Part shown: piece after piece, positions 42,831 to 61,999 of the stretch
How positions within the stretch are numbered: position 1 is the first letter of the stretch
Layout: every line of letters starts with the position of its first letter
Assembly (NCBI GenBank): GCA_951406725.2
Contig: OX597820.1
Span: 84,816,001-84,880,000, forward strand
Reading direction: 5' to 3'
Length of the DNA stretch: 64,000 bases
Origin: Octopus vulgaris
Lineage: Eukaryota
Program-made: the position numbers and the translations under genes
Notes under the pieces: generated by a model
The model's database searches: none
Seen by the model: only the letters and a program-made list of their open reading frames with translations
Told to the model about the DNA's origin: nothing

Positions 42831-43392
42831 TAAGGATAAAATTTCAATATTAAAAATTCTTTGATTTTAATTTACAAAAAACCATTATAATTAAAAAGGT
42901 AGCATCATGTTGTTAAAATATTGACAAACTACTAGAATACTTAAAACATAAGAACCAGAAGTACCAATAGAGCTAAAGCTTTATGCAAAGTAAAATAATA
43001 TGCATGGTAAGCAAATTCATTATGTAAAAAAGGCATTGTGTCATGACCAAATATGGGAAGCCTTAGCAGTAACTAAGTCGAGCGAATTTTGATGTGACTT
43101 TGTTGATATAAATAGATTTACCTGGATCATATAACTAATGTTTGCATTATTCTATTTATTGTACTACTTATGTACTACTATTAGTTTTTAACATATTTTC
43201 AAATATTTAATTATTAATCAATAATTTTTAAAATGATCTTATTTAAGTGCAAACATTTTGAGTATTTTGAGTTATTTCTTTAATTTTTAATAGAAATAAC
43301 ATGTACTAACAAATAGAAGCAATACCTTTTGATAAAAGTTTTAGTTTTAATAATACCTAATATTTACTAAATCTAAATATTTTATATAACCC

Positions 43393-44345
43393 TTAGCTGC
43401 AATATTTCAAATAAAAATATTCTCCTTCGGTATTTTGCCAGATGTAATAAGTTGTCATGAAATTTTCCAGGTGTAATAAATTTTCCTGTAATTTTCTATC
43501 TAATATATCTATGCATATGTGTGTTTTCCGTTCTCTACACATATTTATATTATTGTCGTTGTTTATCATCATCTTCAAGGATGCCATGATTTTCTGATAT
43601 TTTTTTGCACAAAGGTTTAAATGATTCAATATGTCCTGAATTTAATACGGATTTTGATATTTTAAGGATCGATCGTTCAATGGGCAACACACGGCAGTAA
43701 ATTAATATATACTGTTTATAATGGGTGCAGCGTCGCACCGATAACCAAATGGTGGAAGATCTGCTTGGGACTAAACTAGTAGTAACCTGGAATAGCCACT
43801 TTGATTTGGTGATTGACTTTACTTCTTAGTATGGGTACTACACTGATATCTTCTTGAGATTTTACAACTAGCTATTTTGTTTGTAATAGAAAAATGTACA
43901 TGCTCATTGGCAAAGACCAAACTCAATTTTCGATTTTTCATACTGAAGAAAGGTTTAGTAGTGGGGGAAATTAGGATGAGGTTCAACTTACTTCAAACGA
44001 TAAATTACAGTCTTCCGAGATACATTCATTCCGAAATCACGATTTACTTGACGAGATATTCCTGCAGCTGTATCGAAAAGGTCTTGTAACGACAGACTCT
44101 GAATCACACGATCTTGTCAAACACTTGTTTTCCATGGAATCCCTCATTTTTCTAATGATACAAATGGGCTTGCTTCTTCATAACGATTGAGTATTCTTGA
44201 AATAATACTCTTTGATCGGTTAATATCTTTGGCGAAAGTAGAAATTCCCATTCCGTCTGTTTTCAATGTGACTACTCGCTTTCTGAGGCTTTCATAGCCT
44301 TTACGTTGACTTTCTATGGTTGTTAATTCACTACTGGTCAATATA
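43393..44345 (-). mobile_element. Tc1-like transposase remnant
   Basis: ORF 44144-44341 is a paired-like HTH (LRKRVVTLKTDGMGISTFAKDINRSKSIISRILNRYEE), followed by G.PWKTS and FANEHV; the rest is decayed. Confidence 0.55.
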
Positions 44346-45743
44346 AATCTTTGCTTTGTTAGGTCAACTTAGTTTACAGATTTCACATTTTGAACTTTAC
44401 ACCATACATTCTCTTATTTTGGCTATCATACTTTTTTTCAATATAAATTATTTATTTATAAAATAACTTCCTACAGAATGTACTGTATATAATGAAGACA
44501 CTAAATTATATAACAGTAAAAATCCTATTCGGTAAAATGAAGTAGATATGTAAATAAATTTAAATTTTATATTCTAATTTTGGCTAATACTGTATATGTA
44601 TGCGCATATATACATACTAGCTTACATACATACTTACATAAATACATAATTACATACATGCATGAATACATATGTGTGTGCCCGTGTCTGCTAATCTCTG
44701 ATACCTCAAGCTTATTGCGTTATATATCACGAGCACAGGCCAAAACTTTTGATGTTGGCCGATTTGTTTAATCAAATTAAACATCGTATGATATAATTAA
44801 ATTTACTTAAATTTAGTTAAAAAAGAAGAATTTTATATGGATGCAAAGTATATTTTGAGCTCTAATTCAGGAGTGGAGCAGTAACCAAATATAGAAGTAG
44901 TAGGAGTGGAGCTGGTATTTCTTATTTTATGAATTACTGGCATAAATCAAGTTCCGCGTCAAAAGTTTATGTCAGGGAAATTATTCTTGATATATTCGAA
45001 AGAAGAAAATAATATCAGAAAACTTCAGTATGTGCGATAGAGGTCAATTAATTTATTCGGGTGTCAGAAGAATTGACTTGGTTTGAAACTTCTTGACGGA
45101 AGAATAAATATGAACGAGATAGACTTGGATGGATTCCATAGTGTTACGTTTACTTCTCGTGTGTTCACTAAGAAATTGATATAAACACGTCTAGAACAAT
45201 AAAATCAGCTCTCTTATTTTTAAAAGAAATCAAACTTGACAATTATATACTTCCATGTTATGACTTTTTGTTATGTTTTTGGAGTTTGCTATGCAAACAC
45301 GCATATCAGTAAATACACGCATGCATATACACACTCGTATTGCTATATATTTGTATGTGTAAGTATACATTGGAATATCCACGTATATATTGATATGCGT
45401 GGAACTCTGAATGCCCTCGTGCGTTTGTGCATGCGTGCGTGGGTGTGTGTATTGGCATGTGTATGTATATACTTGTGATCCATATGCAGAATCATTAGAT
45501 TAAGGCAATTGCCTCTGGCTTCTGCATACTGAGTTGAACTATCACCAACGCCAAATTTTCCATTCATTATTTTGGCGCCGATTGGAGTAAAACTCAAATT
45601 CTCTACAGAAATTGCTTCTTCTCTTTTTCCATCAAACATTTTCTTTTAGTTCCAATCCATCATTTATACACCCAAACCCTCGCATCCGCTCCACACATAC
45701 TCGCACATACACACGCATCCTCATATATTCACATATATATGTT

Positions 45744-45780
<37 letters not shown>

Positions 45781-46590
45781 GGATGTGTGCAGGTATGTAT
45801 GTATTTGCACTCATATATTGAGGGAGAGGATGGAGGATTTGAAAAAGTGTGGGAGAGAGAAGAAAACGAGTGTGAGATGCAATCAATTACATGATGCTTG
45901 CATCAACTCGGTGTATCGTGCCCTTGCGTGAATTAGCAGCGGCAAATCTAAGAAAGTATTTCCAATATGTAAATTAGAGATTATTTAATTATTGGGTATT
46001 AAATTACGAGGAATGTAAATCAAAAAGATATGAATAGTGTGAACATGGTTTCACTTGAAATTCAAATTAGATATTCTAATTAGATGAATAATTTTGAATT
46101 TAATGATCATTATAAGTAACACGAGAAAATATATTGTGCAAATGGTGCTTAATAATTATGTGTGTGCATACGTATTCATAAAGCACACAACGGATACTTA
46201 TTTACATATATACATATACAAGTGAGTGTGCCCGTGTGCATGCGTGTTTTTGCTTTTCGTTTTATAATATGTGCATACGTTGTGTAAACAAAAATTTTAA
46301 AGTTGAACTCAATACCTGTTGTAGAGTATAATACATATGTAACAAAAAAATATCTATATCTCTAATATAAATATTTGTATATACATCTGAGTGTGTCTCT
46401 GTGTGTGTGTATTTGCAAAATACAGTTTGTACTACGGCTATCATTCACGTGATAGTTACTTCTGGAATTATATGATGAATTATTATGCATACGACTGGAT
46501 TCGCTTTATTTGTATAGGTGTATTATTTAGATACTTGGCTTCAATTATTTTATCATGATGCAGTCGTTTTGTTAATATTACTGCGTGATC

Positions 46591-46950
46591 AGGCGGCGAG
46601 CTGGCAGAAACGTTAGCACGCCGGGCGAAATGCGTAGTCGTATCTTGTCTGCCGTTTTGTTCTGAGTTTAAATTCCGACGAGGTCGACTTTGCCTTTCGG
46701 GGTCAATAAAATGAGGAACCAGTTATGCACTGGGGTCGATGTAATCGACGTAATCCGTTTGTCTGTCCTTGTTTGTCCTACCTGTGTTTAGGCCCTTGTG
46801 GGTACTAAAGAAATAGGTATTTCATCTGTCCTGAAGTTCTGAGTTTAAATTCCGCCGTGGTAAGCACCAGTTGCCTACTGGGGTCGATCTAATCGACTGC
46901 CTTCCTCTCCAAAAACTTCGGGCCTTGTGCTTAGAGTAGCAAAGAATATT
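46591..46950 (+). mobile_element. SINE family 2, full unit plus partial second unit
   Basis: ggcggcgagctggcagaaacgttagcacgccgggcgaaatgc..; gttctgagtttaaattccg and ctggggtcgat.taatcgac each occur twice. Confidence 0.85.
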
Positions 46951-47821
46951 GCCGCGTAAGAAAATTACATTTAACGAGCTAGTTTATCACTGTTTGTTGT
47001 GATCTCTTAAAAATAAGCCTATTCGAGGAGTGTTCACCAGTTTCTTAATGCACATTTGGTCTTGTTCCCAAATATGCCAATTTGAACAAGGAAATTCCAT
47101 CAGCTCAGCCATATCATAGATTACTAGAGACGGACGCATAATTCTGTAGACGAGTGAAAGAAATAGCCCAGGTTGTCTACGATTTAAAATGGTCAGATCC
47201 TCATCCAAACAATTTGCGATATATATAATCGATTTCGATAGACTTCATTCTAGTAGGAATCCTAGTACTGGAAACTGGAAGCATCATGTCTAGCGCGATA
47301 TGCTTACAAATAACACATAGGCGAATGAAACTGGTGTCCGCGTGAACTATCGTCAGCAACGACTTTTGAAACGCCTTAAATAGAGCGGTTAGGTAAAAAG
47401 TAGTTAAAATTAGCAAGAGTTGTGATAGAGAAATATATATTACAGGGAGACTTGGAAGACACATAGAAGAGGCACTTGAAGAATTAGTGGCAACCGACAT
47501 GCAAGCACTGATATTGGTTCTCATCAGTTCTTCAGCCTCAGGAATATAGTTCTAAATTTAATATACCTAACGTGCATGTTAGAGAGGTACTACGTGGCAA
47601 CAATATCATATTGCAGTCTTTGACGTGCCACACATACCGCATGTTAGTCGACTACCAGAAAGCTGCTTGCAGATTTTCAGTTGACATCATATGACTGTTC
47701 AATATGAGAAGAGGCAAATCACAACGCAGATTCTTGACTGTATTTTTGACGTACGTTTAATTTATACTTCAATGATAAATTAAAGTAATCATCACCATCA
47801 TGATCATCATCATAATTATTA

Positions 47822-47874
<53 letters not shown>

Positions 47875-47924
47875 ATTATTATTATTATTATTATTATCAT
47901 GGTGTTGTTGTTACTATTATTGCC

Positions 47925-49165
47925 TTTGCACAGCTTCTAACGCTGGAGATCTACTACGGTGCCAGCTGTTTACTACCAGTGAACTAAGGTGCCACCTCTT
48001 ACTTTTCGAGCATCTTCCGGAGTATTAAAGCGGTTCCAAGCAGTGCTGTTTACTGCAAGAGCTTTACACTTATTGCAGCCTGTATTTGTTCCACGTAATT
48101 CTAGAGATTTTTGCTTTCTATTCCCAGGGCTCCGACAATTACTGGTACTAGTGCTACGTTTTTCATCGACACAACTGCTTAACCTCTCAAGCTAACCTGT
48201 CATATCTCTCTACTTTTCTTTTTCCATATCTCACGCCTTGCTGTCAGCAGGATATGCTATATCTATTATACATCAAAGTATGTTTTCTTTCTCAAATAAG
48301 ACTATGTGTGTCTTCCTATTCTCTATCCCATGGGTGCACTGAATCATGAAATCCCATATAATCTTTGCACTCCTATTTTCGATGATGCCTTCAGGTTTTG
48401 TGATCGTACCAATTTTTTGTTTCGTCGTATCCATACATGTTGAAAAGTGTCCAATGAACAATCCTGGCTATATTTTCGTAGCGTCTCTTATATTCCTTCT
48501 GGGCTAGTGGCATATATTCGTTAGTAATATTCCATACAATTTCACCGTTTTTTACACAGATTCTGCACTTATCACTTTCTGCTGAGTTGTCTATTCTGTA
48601 TTTTATGAAGTTTGTTCTTAGTGCTTGCTCTCGGGCAGCACAGGTTAGAGCCTCGGTTTCCGGTTTTACATTAATCATCCACAGCCATCATTTTCTCTGT
48701 CTGTCTTATCTTCAACATCCCTATGAAATTGTCCATGCATTCTTTCCATTACCCACCTATTTTTAGTTTCATCGGTTTCAATTTCTTGTATAGTGCTTTA
48801 TTTTTGCAATCTTTAAACCTACATAAATCTGGCCTTCATACATCTAGTAATAGCCGTTTTGTGGCATTTCTTATATACCATGCTATGTTGTTTTCTTCTT
48901 CTCTAATGCTGTGTTTGCATTCGATAAGTCCTCTTCCCCCTCTTTTTCTTGGTACGTACATTCTACGTGTGTCACTTTTTGGGTGGAGTGACCCTTATCT
49001 AGTTAGCAATTCCCTTGTCTTTCTGTCTAAGATATTTCGTTCGTCTAATGTCCAAGCGATTACCCGTGCTCCGTATCTAAGCTGTGAAATCACCCAGGTG
49101 TTGATAGCTTCGATCTAATTCCCTCCGTTTAATTTCGACTTAAGGATCAGACTCAGTCTGAGCAG
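47925..49165 (-). mobile_element. R4/Dong LINE fragment A (3' half)
   Basis: LILKSKLNGGN..AINTW, KPETEALTCAAREQALRTN..CRIC..LAQKEYKRR..IVHW, IIWDFMIQ, ILRKMLEK*; (ATT)n at 47817-47898. Confidence 0.85.
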
Positions 49166-49209
49166 GTCATGGCAACGGACATGAAGCACGTCTTGATTTT
49201 CTCCTCTCC

Positions 49210-50251
<1,042 letters not shown>

Positions 50252-50305
50252 CGTCGTCGTCGTCGTTGTTGCTGTTGTTGTTGTTGTCGTCGTCGTCGTC
50301 GTTGT

Positions 50306-50339
<34 letters not shown>

Positions 50340-50349
50340 GTTGTTATTC

Positions 50350-53856
<3,507 letters not shown>

Positions 53857-53994
53857 TTGTATTATTATTATTATTATTATTGTTATTATTATTATCATTA
53901 TCATTATTATTTTTATTATTATTATTATTATTATTATTGTTATTATTATTATCATTATCATTATTATTTTTATTATTATTATTAGTATTATTAG

Positions 53995-54354
53995 TTTAAC
54001 TTTTGTTTTGCATTCACTCCAAACTTCACCCAGAGACCTGAAGAGACAACAAGTTCAAGTTGTTGTTATCACTAGTGCACCATAATTTTGGTTTTGCACC
54101 AACTATTGTTCTAGATAGTGGTTGTGAAAAGATAAGAAAATTAGAAGTTTCTTTTAAAAGTAATTTGATTAGAAGTTGATGGTATGATGTTAAGATGTTA
54201 GTAAAAGGTCGTTGTTATTATATACATTTAAAAGTAGTTTGACTTTGTTTACATGCACAATGATTTACGTAAGATATGAACAGTTCCCAAGAGCACATTT
54301 TTTAAATTTCTTGCATTATGGGATTTCAATTTCATTATTCAGTTTTATATTACA

Positions 54355-54355
<1 letters not shown>
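53995..54355 (-). mobile_element. Probable R4/Dong 3' UTR-only fragment D
   Basis: Minus-strand end gtctctgggtgaagtttggag..taataat resembles the ends of the neighbouring fragments; bounded by (ATT)n. Confidence 0.4.
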
Positions 54356-54426
<71 letters not shown>

Positions 54427-54440
54427 ATTATTATTATCAT

Positions 54441-54850
54441 TTTTTCTTATTCTTTCAAATTTGCTTCCATTTCTTGCCGAGTGTCTTCCCGACACCTAGG
54501 GCAAAGAAACTCATAGTATACATTGGTAGGCCATTAAACTAAACGCACTAGTTCGTTCATTTTTTTTTTATTTTGATAGAAATAAAGTTAAATTAAAATA
54601 CATGGGTAGTAATAGTTCTCACATCGACAATGCTCTTCTCAATACATGTGATGTACCAGTTAAGACAATCTTTTGCACTTCTTGCAGGGATGGTAAGCCA
54701 GGGATCATTCTCATATAATTTTCGGTTCCCTTCTTGATCATTCCTAGTGCTCCTACGACCACTGGTATTGTAACCGCCTTGAGATGCCACATTTTCTCAA
54801 TTTCAATGAGCAGGTCTTTATATTTTCTGAGCTTGTCAAACTCTTTTTAT
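54441..54850 (-). mobile_element. R4/Dong LINE fragment E (endonuclease C-terminus + 3' UTR)
   Basis: KEFDKLRKYKDLLIEIEKMWHLKAVTIPVVVGALGMIKKG..QKIVLTGTSHVLRRALSM*. Confidence 0.9.
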
Positions 54851-54961
54851 TATAATTATTATTATTATCATTATTATGACCATTACTATTATTATTGTTG
54901 TTGTTGTTGTTGTCATTTTTCGTCAAACGTTTTTCACTGCGTGGTACGTCCAATATAATAC

Positions 54962-55352
54962 TCACTTTTACTTGTTTCAGTCATTTGACTGCGGCCATGC
55001 TGGAATACCACCTTTAATCAAGCAACTCGGCACCGGGACTTATTCTTTTGTAAGCGCAGTACTTATTCTACCGGTCTCTTTTGCCGAACCGCTAAGTAAC
55101 GGGGACATAAACACACCAGCATCGGTTGTCAAACAATGATAGGGGACAAACACAGACACACAAACACACACACGCACATATATACATATAATAATACAAC
55201 GGGCTTCTTTCAGTTTCCGTCTACCAAATCCACTCACAAGGCTTTGGTAGGCCCGAGTCTATAGTAGAAGTCACTTGCCCAAGGTGCCATGCAGTGGGAC
55301 TGAACCCGGAACCATGTGGTTGGTAAACAAGCTACTTACAACATAGCCACTT
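54962..55352 (-). mobile_element. SINE family 1, near full length
   Basis: Reverse complement of the 37570 copy along its whole length. Confidence 0.9.
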
Positions 55353-57497
55353 TTGTTGAACAAATATTCCTTTTAAAATTTCAAGACGTTTTCAAACACT
55401 TCAATGATATTAGCCGAGGGTGTAAATCTCAGAGAGAGGGAATGAAGAGAATAGTGTTGATGTTGTGAAAGATGAGGGGAGAGAAACTATTAGTATGAAT
55501 TCGATGTGTTGTGTTTGTACTGCATCACACAATACTGCGTTACAAGAAAATACATCATCGACATAAACAATAACACCAATAGAAATGTGAACTCCAACAC
55601 TGAGGTCTGAGACAACAACCCACAGTGAAGGTGAAAAAGAAGACTACTTAAAAGAGTTAGAATGTCAACAATAAAAAATGATGTCAAGACCGACCGGAAC
55701 AACAACGAAATGACCAAACAAACATTTATTTTCAATGGAGATTTGCTTTCTCTACCGAAGATGGTAAAGAAAAAATCTTCACATCGACTCCACCTTCACT
55801 ACCACAACACAAATCAATATCACCCAGCTCTGCATATGTTGCAGTCACTTTTATCGCTGTTCCAAATACAAACAAGGTTCATGAAAAATTAGATGTAGCG
55901 TAAAAAATACAAATTGCAAAAGGTAAAAAGCACGACGTTCAACTGCGTAAAATAAAAGAAAAAAAAAACTTACATTGGTGTACAGCGGAAAGGGAATAAA
56001 TTGGCTACACATTCCACTGCAAACTCTGCAGCAGATAGAGAAATAAACAAATCTGAAAGCCTTCTCATTCAAAAGGACGATAGCTGCTCCTCAAACGCAC
56101 AATATGGACAATGAACCACCACTATCTCAAATACACATACAATTGTATGAATAAAAACACCTAAAAGATAAAAGAACATTTCAAACACTATCTCAATCTA
56201 AATCACAGAAAATAGAACAGTGATGAGAGCAACAGCAGCAAAAGCAAGGCATGGAAACTTCACCATGGTACGAAACTGCGAAGTCGAATTAACGGAGAAG
56301 GTTACAAATAACAATGTCATTGTTATGAATGGGCTTGCTTTTAGGAGCTCCTCTCCAGCACTCTTCAAAGCTGAATATGAATACATATGGATTCACAGGT
56401 ATAGAAAGAATTAATTGGAAACTTTATATTTTACGTCGGCTTGTTACAAAAGCCAACGATTTTAAAGGAATCAGATTCAAAACACAAAAATGTTTATATT
56501 ATATGACTTCTTCGAGGGTCAAGAGGACAAAATATTCATCATTAGTTAGGTCTTTTCTTTTTCTTCGACGTACATGTATATAATATCAGCATGGTGGATA
56601 GGTTTCCACGCCCTTGGATCAGCTTGGAAGCTTAATGAATTTAAATCGACTCACATAGTTGTGATTGCCATTTGTGATACTAGAATCCGTCATATTGGCG
56701 CCTATTTGCAACGGCTAACATTTATTCTCATTCGGTAGTCTGCCAGTGTTATTCTAGAAACTCTTAAATGCCAAAGATACCTTTATTTGATTTGTGACTG
56801 TTTTGACTGTAAATATTTTGTCAAGTATCTGCGATATCGCGTCGGTAAATTAATGAACGTATATAAGAACATACACACCACAAAAGTGAATATAGATATG
56901 CAATGTCCTCTTCCTACCTATACACACTAATGGAAAATATAGATGTTGTTTAGGGTTCTCTGAATTAGATGTGAAAACCATCACGACTGTAATATATTTC
57001 ACCGTATATGTGTTGCTACAAATCTAAATTACTAGAATAAACAAAAAGTATACACTACACAGAGCGACATATAAGAGGAAGTGTGTTGTCCTGTGTTCGT
57101 TTCTAACATTTTCCAATATTATTCAGCAATTTTCTATAAACCTATAAACGAAATACATATATTTATAGACCTATTGGCTACTGTTCGTTTTAAGATATTT
57201 TTAGATCGACAGCAACAGAAAATTTGTGGTTCACTCGTACGAAAGTTTGAATACTTTTGACGAAAAATATGAGGTGATATAATTATGGATGATAAAATTT
57301 GCTTGGCTCAGTGTATTTTTAAGGAGGCAAAGAAAATGTAAATTTTCTGGGCTTACAACTTCACTGTCAGCATCCCCATTAATGTAGAAAGTAGAACATC
57401 GCAATTATATGTTACTGTTTAAAAAATACAGAGAAATTATTGGAAGATCTCTATATAAACAGTCTTGGGTGTATGTGTGTGTGTGTGTGTTTGTGTG

Positions 57498-57568
<71 letters not shown>

Positions 57569-57939
57569 GTACCAGATATTTCTTTCCTTTCATTCGTGAT
57601 AACTATGGAGATAATAATCTGAAAAAAGAGAAGCTGAAGCTGAAAATATGTGGATTCCTATCAGAGCGTGCTTTTGTATATATGAGGATTAAATGTTGCC
57701 ATTTTCTCGATTGATTTCGAGATAAATAAGTAGGCTTAATGGCGACTTTATACTGGCTTCAGAATTTTCAGAGAAACATTAACTCTGATGTGACGATTCT
57801 TATCTGTAAACAAGCATCTTTATAGCTTGATATCCACAACTTCACGGATAACTATATAAACTTCAAGAACATGCAAAACTTTTCGGACTTTTTAACAAAC
57901 GTGTAATAATTTAATCAGGTATTTCAGCGAAAATTATAT

Positions 57940-58011
<72 letters not shown>

Positions 58012-58139
58012 TAAATATATAGAGAGAAACATAAGTAGATAGACAGATATATAGACAGATAGATAGATAAACAGATAGATAGACAGAGAGATAGATGAGA
58101 GATAGAGAGATAGAGAACAGAGAGAGAGTGATGCTTACA

Positions 58140-58505
58140 AACATACATATATAGCTGCATAGATACATATTTACATACATACATACACACATACATACAT
58201 AGATACATACATACATATGTGCAAACATACATACACACATACATTTATACTTATGCTGACATACATTCAGAGTGAGACACAAAGAGGGAAATGCTTACAC
58301 ACATACATACAAGCATACATACATATATGCAAACATACATATACTTACATACGTACATACATATATGCAAACATATATTCTTACATACGTATATACATAC
58401 ATATATGCAAACATACATATGCTTATATACGTACATACATACATATATGCAAACATACATATACTCACATATGTACATACATACATAAATACATGCATAC
58501 ATATA
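58140..58505. repeat. (ACAT)n-derived minisatellite with recurring catatatgcaaacata units
   Basis: Motif recurs about every 40 bp at 58320-58460. Confidence 0.85.
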
Positions 58506-58807
58506 TAGTTCTGGTTACATACATTCAGGAATGTAAAAATATATTATAATATTTAACTCGAAGCGACTTTTGTAACTATTCCTTTTTGCAACTTTTATCA
58601 GTAAGATATTCTAAAATCATGTTTACTTAGATTATTATGAAAAAGAAAATCCTAATGTTGTAGAAGTTTCCATGAAGTAAATATCATAAACCACAAATTA
58701 TTATATAAATGGGCGACGTGGGCTGACACTAATTTTATGGCAGGAATTTGTAAAGATATCAAACGCTCTAAATTTTATACTCTTCTTGATAATTCGATGC
58801 CAATCTA

Positions 58808-58886
<79 letters not shown>

Positions 58887-59103
58887 TTATATCTATCTAG
58901 CACTTCTCTCTCTCTATGTACATGTATATATGTGTGTGTATACATATGTATATATACAAAGAGAGGGAGAGAGACAGACCCAGAGAAAGACAGATTGTGT
59001 GAGAGATAGACAGAGATCAAGAGATAATGCTGTAGATGAACATCTATATGCATAAATGATTATACCTATATATATATATATTTATATACATATATATACA
59101 TAC

Positions 59104-59144
<41 letters not shown>

Positions 59145-59439
59145 TGTGTGTGTATTGATATATTTACATGCATATATGTGTGTGTGCATCTATATGTGTT
59201 TGCGAGTGTGTATATATATGCGTGCTTGTGTTTGGGTTCATGTATGCATGATATCGTAATTTTTAAAATCATTCTTTCCACTATTTAAAGCTGTCTTAAC
59301 GATGGAAGGCAGAACTACAATATCGCTAGGTTCTTACGCGTAGTTGATAACCATGTGTGTCCGTTTATCTACTAAACGCTTCTTTTGTGTTCGCATTTCT
59401 ACTTTTCCTTGTCTGCCTTATTATGTGCGACATTGTAAA

Positions 59440-59790
59440 AAATATGCGGAAGTGGCTCTCCGTAGGATTCGACGACGAGGGTTCCAGCTGTTCCGATCAA
59501 CAGAGCAGCCTGCTCGTGAAATTAACGTGCAAGTTCTCGAGGAGATTCAGCGTGACAGAGTATGTAACAAGGTTAGCCCTTTGAAATACTGGTACAGCAG
59601 AAACAGGAAGAAAAAGTGAGAGAACGTTGTAGTGAAAGAACACAGAAGATTTCACCACCACCCCCTGTCGGGGCCTCGTGATGTTTCGGATGTTTTCGCT
59701 CAATAAACATTCAAAACACCCGGTCTCGGACTCGTGATCCTGTGACCGCGCGTCCACTGCCCTAACTATTGGGCCATTTTGTGTCCACGG
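59440..59790 (-). mobile_element. tRNA-derived SINE, family 3
   Basis: Minus-strand head tggcccaatagttagggcagtggac..ggatcacgagt; GC-rich body. Family recognised from recall; single copy in this window. Confidence 0.6.
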
Positions 59791-61999
59791 CTCCTCCTAT
59801 AATAATCTCTCTCTCTTTCCCCCCCTCTGTCTATATATATATATATATACATAGGTCTATCGATAGACTAAGGCTTATATATATTCTGACGTCTATTTGT
59901 AAAATAAAAGAAAAAAAGAAGACACACAGACACACACACAATTCACAGGGCAAAATGTTTCCTCTGCTTTCTTATTGAAGAATATAGTTCTTTATTTTAT
60001 TACGTTATTGTGAAGTTAGGATGAAAATTGACTGTCAGTTCCAAATGTTCGAATTCCACATTCTTCGATGTTCAGCCATATCTATCAATAAAATATAATA
60101 TATTAGATATCATTCAGGAACTCCTCGAAATGCATGTTTATACGGTTTTGAATGCTTGAACCTATTAAGTATAGGTGTGCCCTCTGAGTATGTCTAGTAA
60201 TTAAACATTCGTATGCCTGCTAAGCAAAATTTTGGATAACTATGAACCAGACGCGTAGGCTGTCATGAGCTCATCACCATGTGTACCCAATGAACGTATG
60301 TCTGCAATTATTTAAGAATATATGTATATTAGTGCGAGGCTGTGAGTGTATGTGGTTTTAACTGCAATAACGAAGTGTGAATGTGTGTTCTTAATTCATG
60401 GTTTTTACATCAAACCATGACAAAAATGTTCGAAATAGAGACAGAAAGAAAATAGATTCCATGCTTGCAAGCATTTCAGGGAACGTATCCTTGAGATTGA
60501 TGTGTATTTGTCTTCCGTGCGCAAGCTCTTTCAAAGTGTTTCGTTGAGATTAAAATTGTGTTATGAGTGCATGGATGTTTGCAAGGTATATAAATTCAGC
60601 AACTTCTATTGAGTGTGAACATAACACTTTCTATGTATCATTTTGCCATTCCTAGAAAAATTATACGAATAGTATTAATCGTAACCCTATTCAAGTGAAT
60701 GTGTATACTGGTGGTTTTTTTGGATCATTGTGTCTATTTTCTATGAATCTGTGTGAAGGGTTTATCTAACGTGCTTATATTGATAGAGTGTGTACGTATC
60801 TGGGTATGTAGAATCGTCCTTTAACGTTCGTGTGTGTATGATTTTGCATAATTGTTCACAGTGTATGTAAGCACGCTATTTAAGTGTGTGTATATGAGCT
60901 GTGGAAGATTTATTGTACTGTGAATATGCTTTAAGTAACGGTTGCACTGAAGTGTTATGTTTGTCTATGCATGCCATTAATGTAATTGTGTATATGCAGT
61001 ATAACATTGTTTATGAATATTTCTTGAATGTGAATCGTTTCGTGTTTTGTGTGTGAATGTGTATGTGCATGAATATACAACTGCTATGCATGCGATAAAC
61101 TTGAGGGAGTGAAATGTGTATGATAATCCATCCATTAGAGACTTAAGGCTTGGTTACAGGACAAATTTTTGTTTTTAATTTATGAAGAAATCGAAAATAC
61201 AAGGAGGCACTACACTACCGTAAAAAGGTATGACGATCTAGGTTACAGTGGTTTGAAACCCAGAAATCCCGCGAGTTAGTTTTGCATCGTTACTAAGACG
61301 GATGTGAAGATATATCAATAAAAAGATGGGACAGGCATCATCAAGTAATATCTTTTCTTTTCTTCTCCATCCACGATGGCATTGTACTTTTTTTTCGGAT
61401 ATATTGTTTATTTTTGGATATATTTCTAATATACTTCTTGTCATTCTCAGAAACTATCGCCTGATTGCATAGACAAAGTAAGCTTTATGCTTGGCTATAT
61501 CCATACATACACATGCATATATATATAATTGGTAGGGAGATAGGTAGGCCTATGTAAAATTACGCCAGGCACGCAATGGCGTGATTTGGGATAATGAAGA
61601 TAAAGATTGCATAGTGAATGTCTTGCATGATAAATTCGTTTTTTTTAAAGTGTTCTGTGCGCGAGCAGGAAATCTACAAGTTAGTATTAATGGTTTCGTT
61701 GCACATAAGCGGATATGGGTTTTAAAATATAAAAAAAAAAACATTTGATTTACTTTATAATCTAAAAAAAGACAGTTTGATATTAATTTCCAGCCAAATT
61801 CGTATACGAGTACATATTTCGTTTTTGTATTTAGTTTGCACGATTCTCGATGTAAGCTACTGTGTTGGAATAGATTTGGTTGTATCACGCGTGGGTCAAC
61901 ACGTGATTAATACATGCACGTCCGGCTTCCATTTCACATCTTTTTCTATTGTTGTTGTTATTTAGTTTTCGTTTCATTTCCATTTTATTTGATTTCCGG

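Noticed and set aside
46987-47750. Minus-strand ORFs (RIMRPSLVIYDMAELME) as host exons or CR1/L2 RT
   Set aside because: A single weak motif and no splice support.
55490-56420. A/C-rich block with several short ORFs
   Set aside because: No identifiable motif; likely a decayed retroelement.
60300-61130. TG-rich strand-skewed tract
   Set aside because: Consistent with a decayed (TG)n/(TATG)n microsatellite; no period or structure seen.
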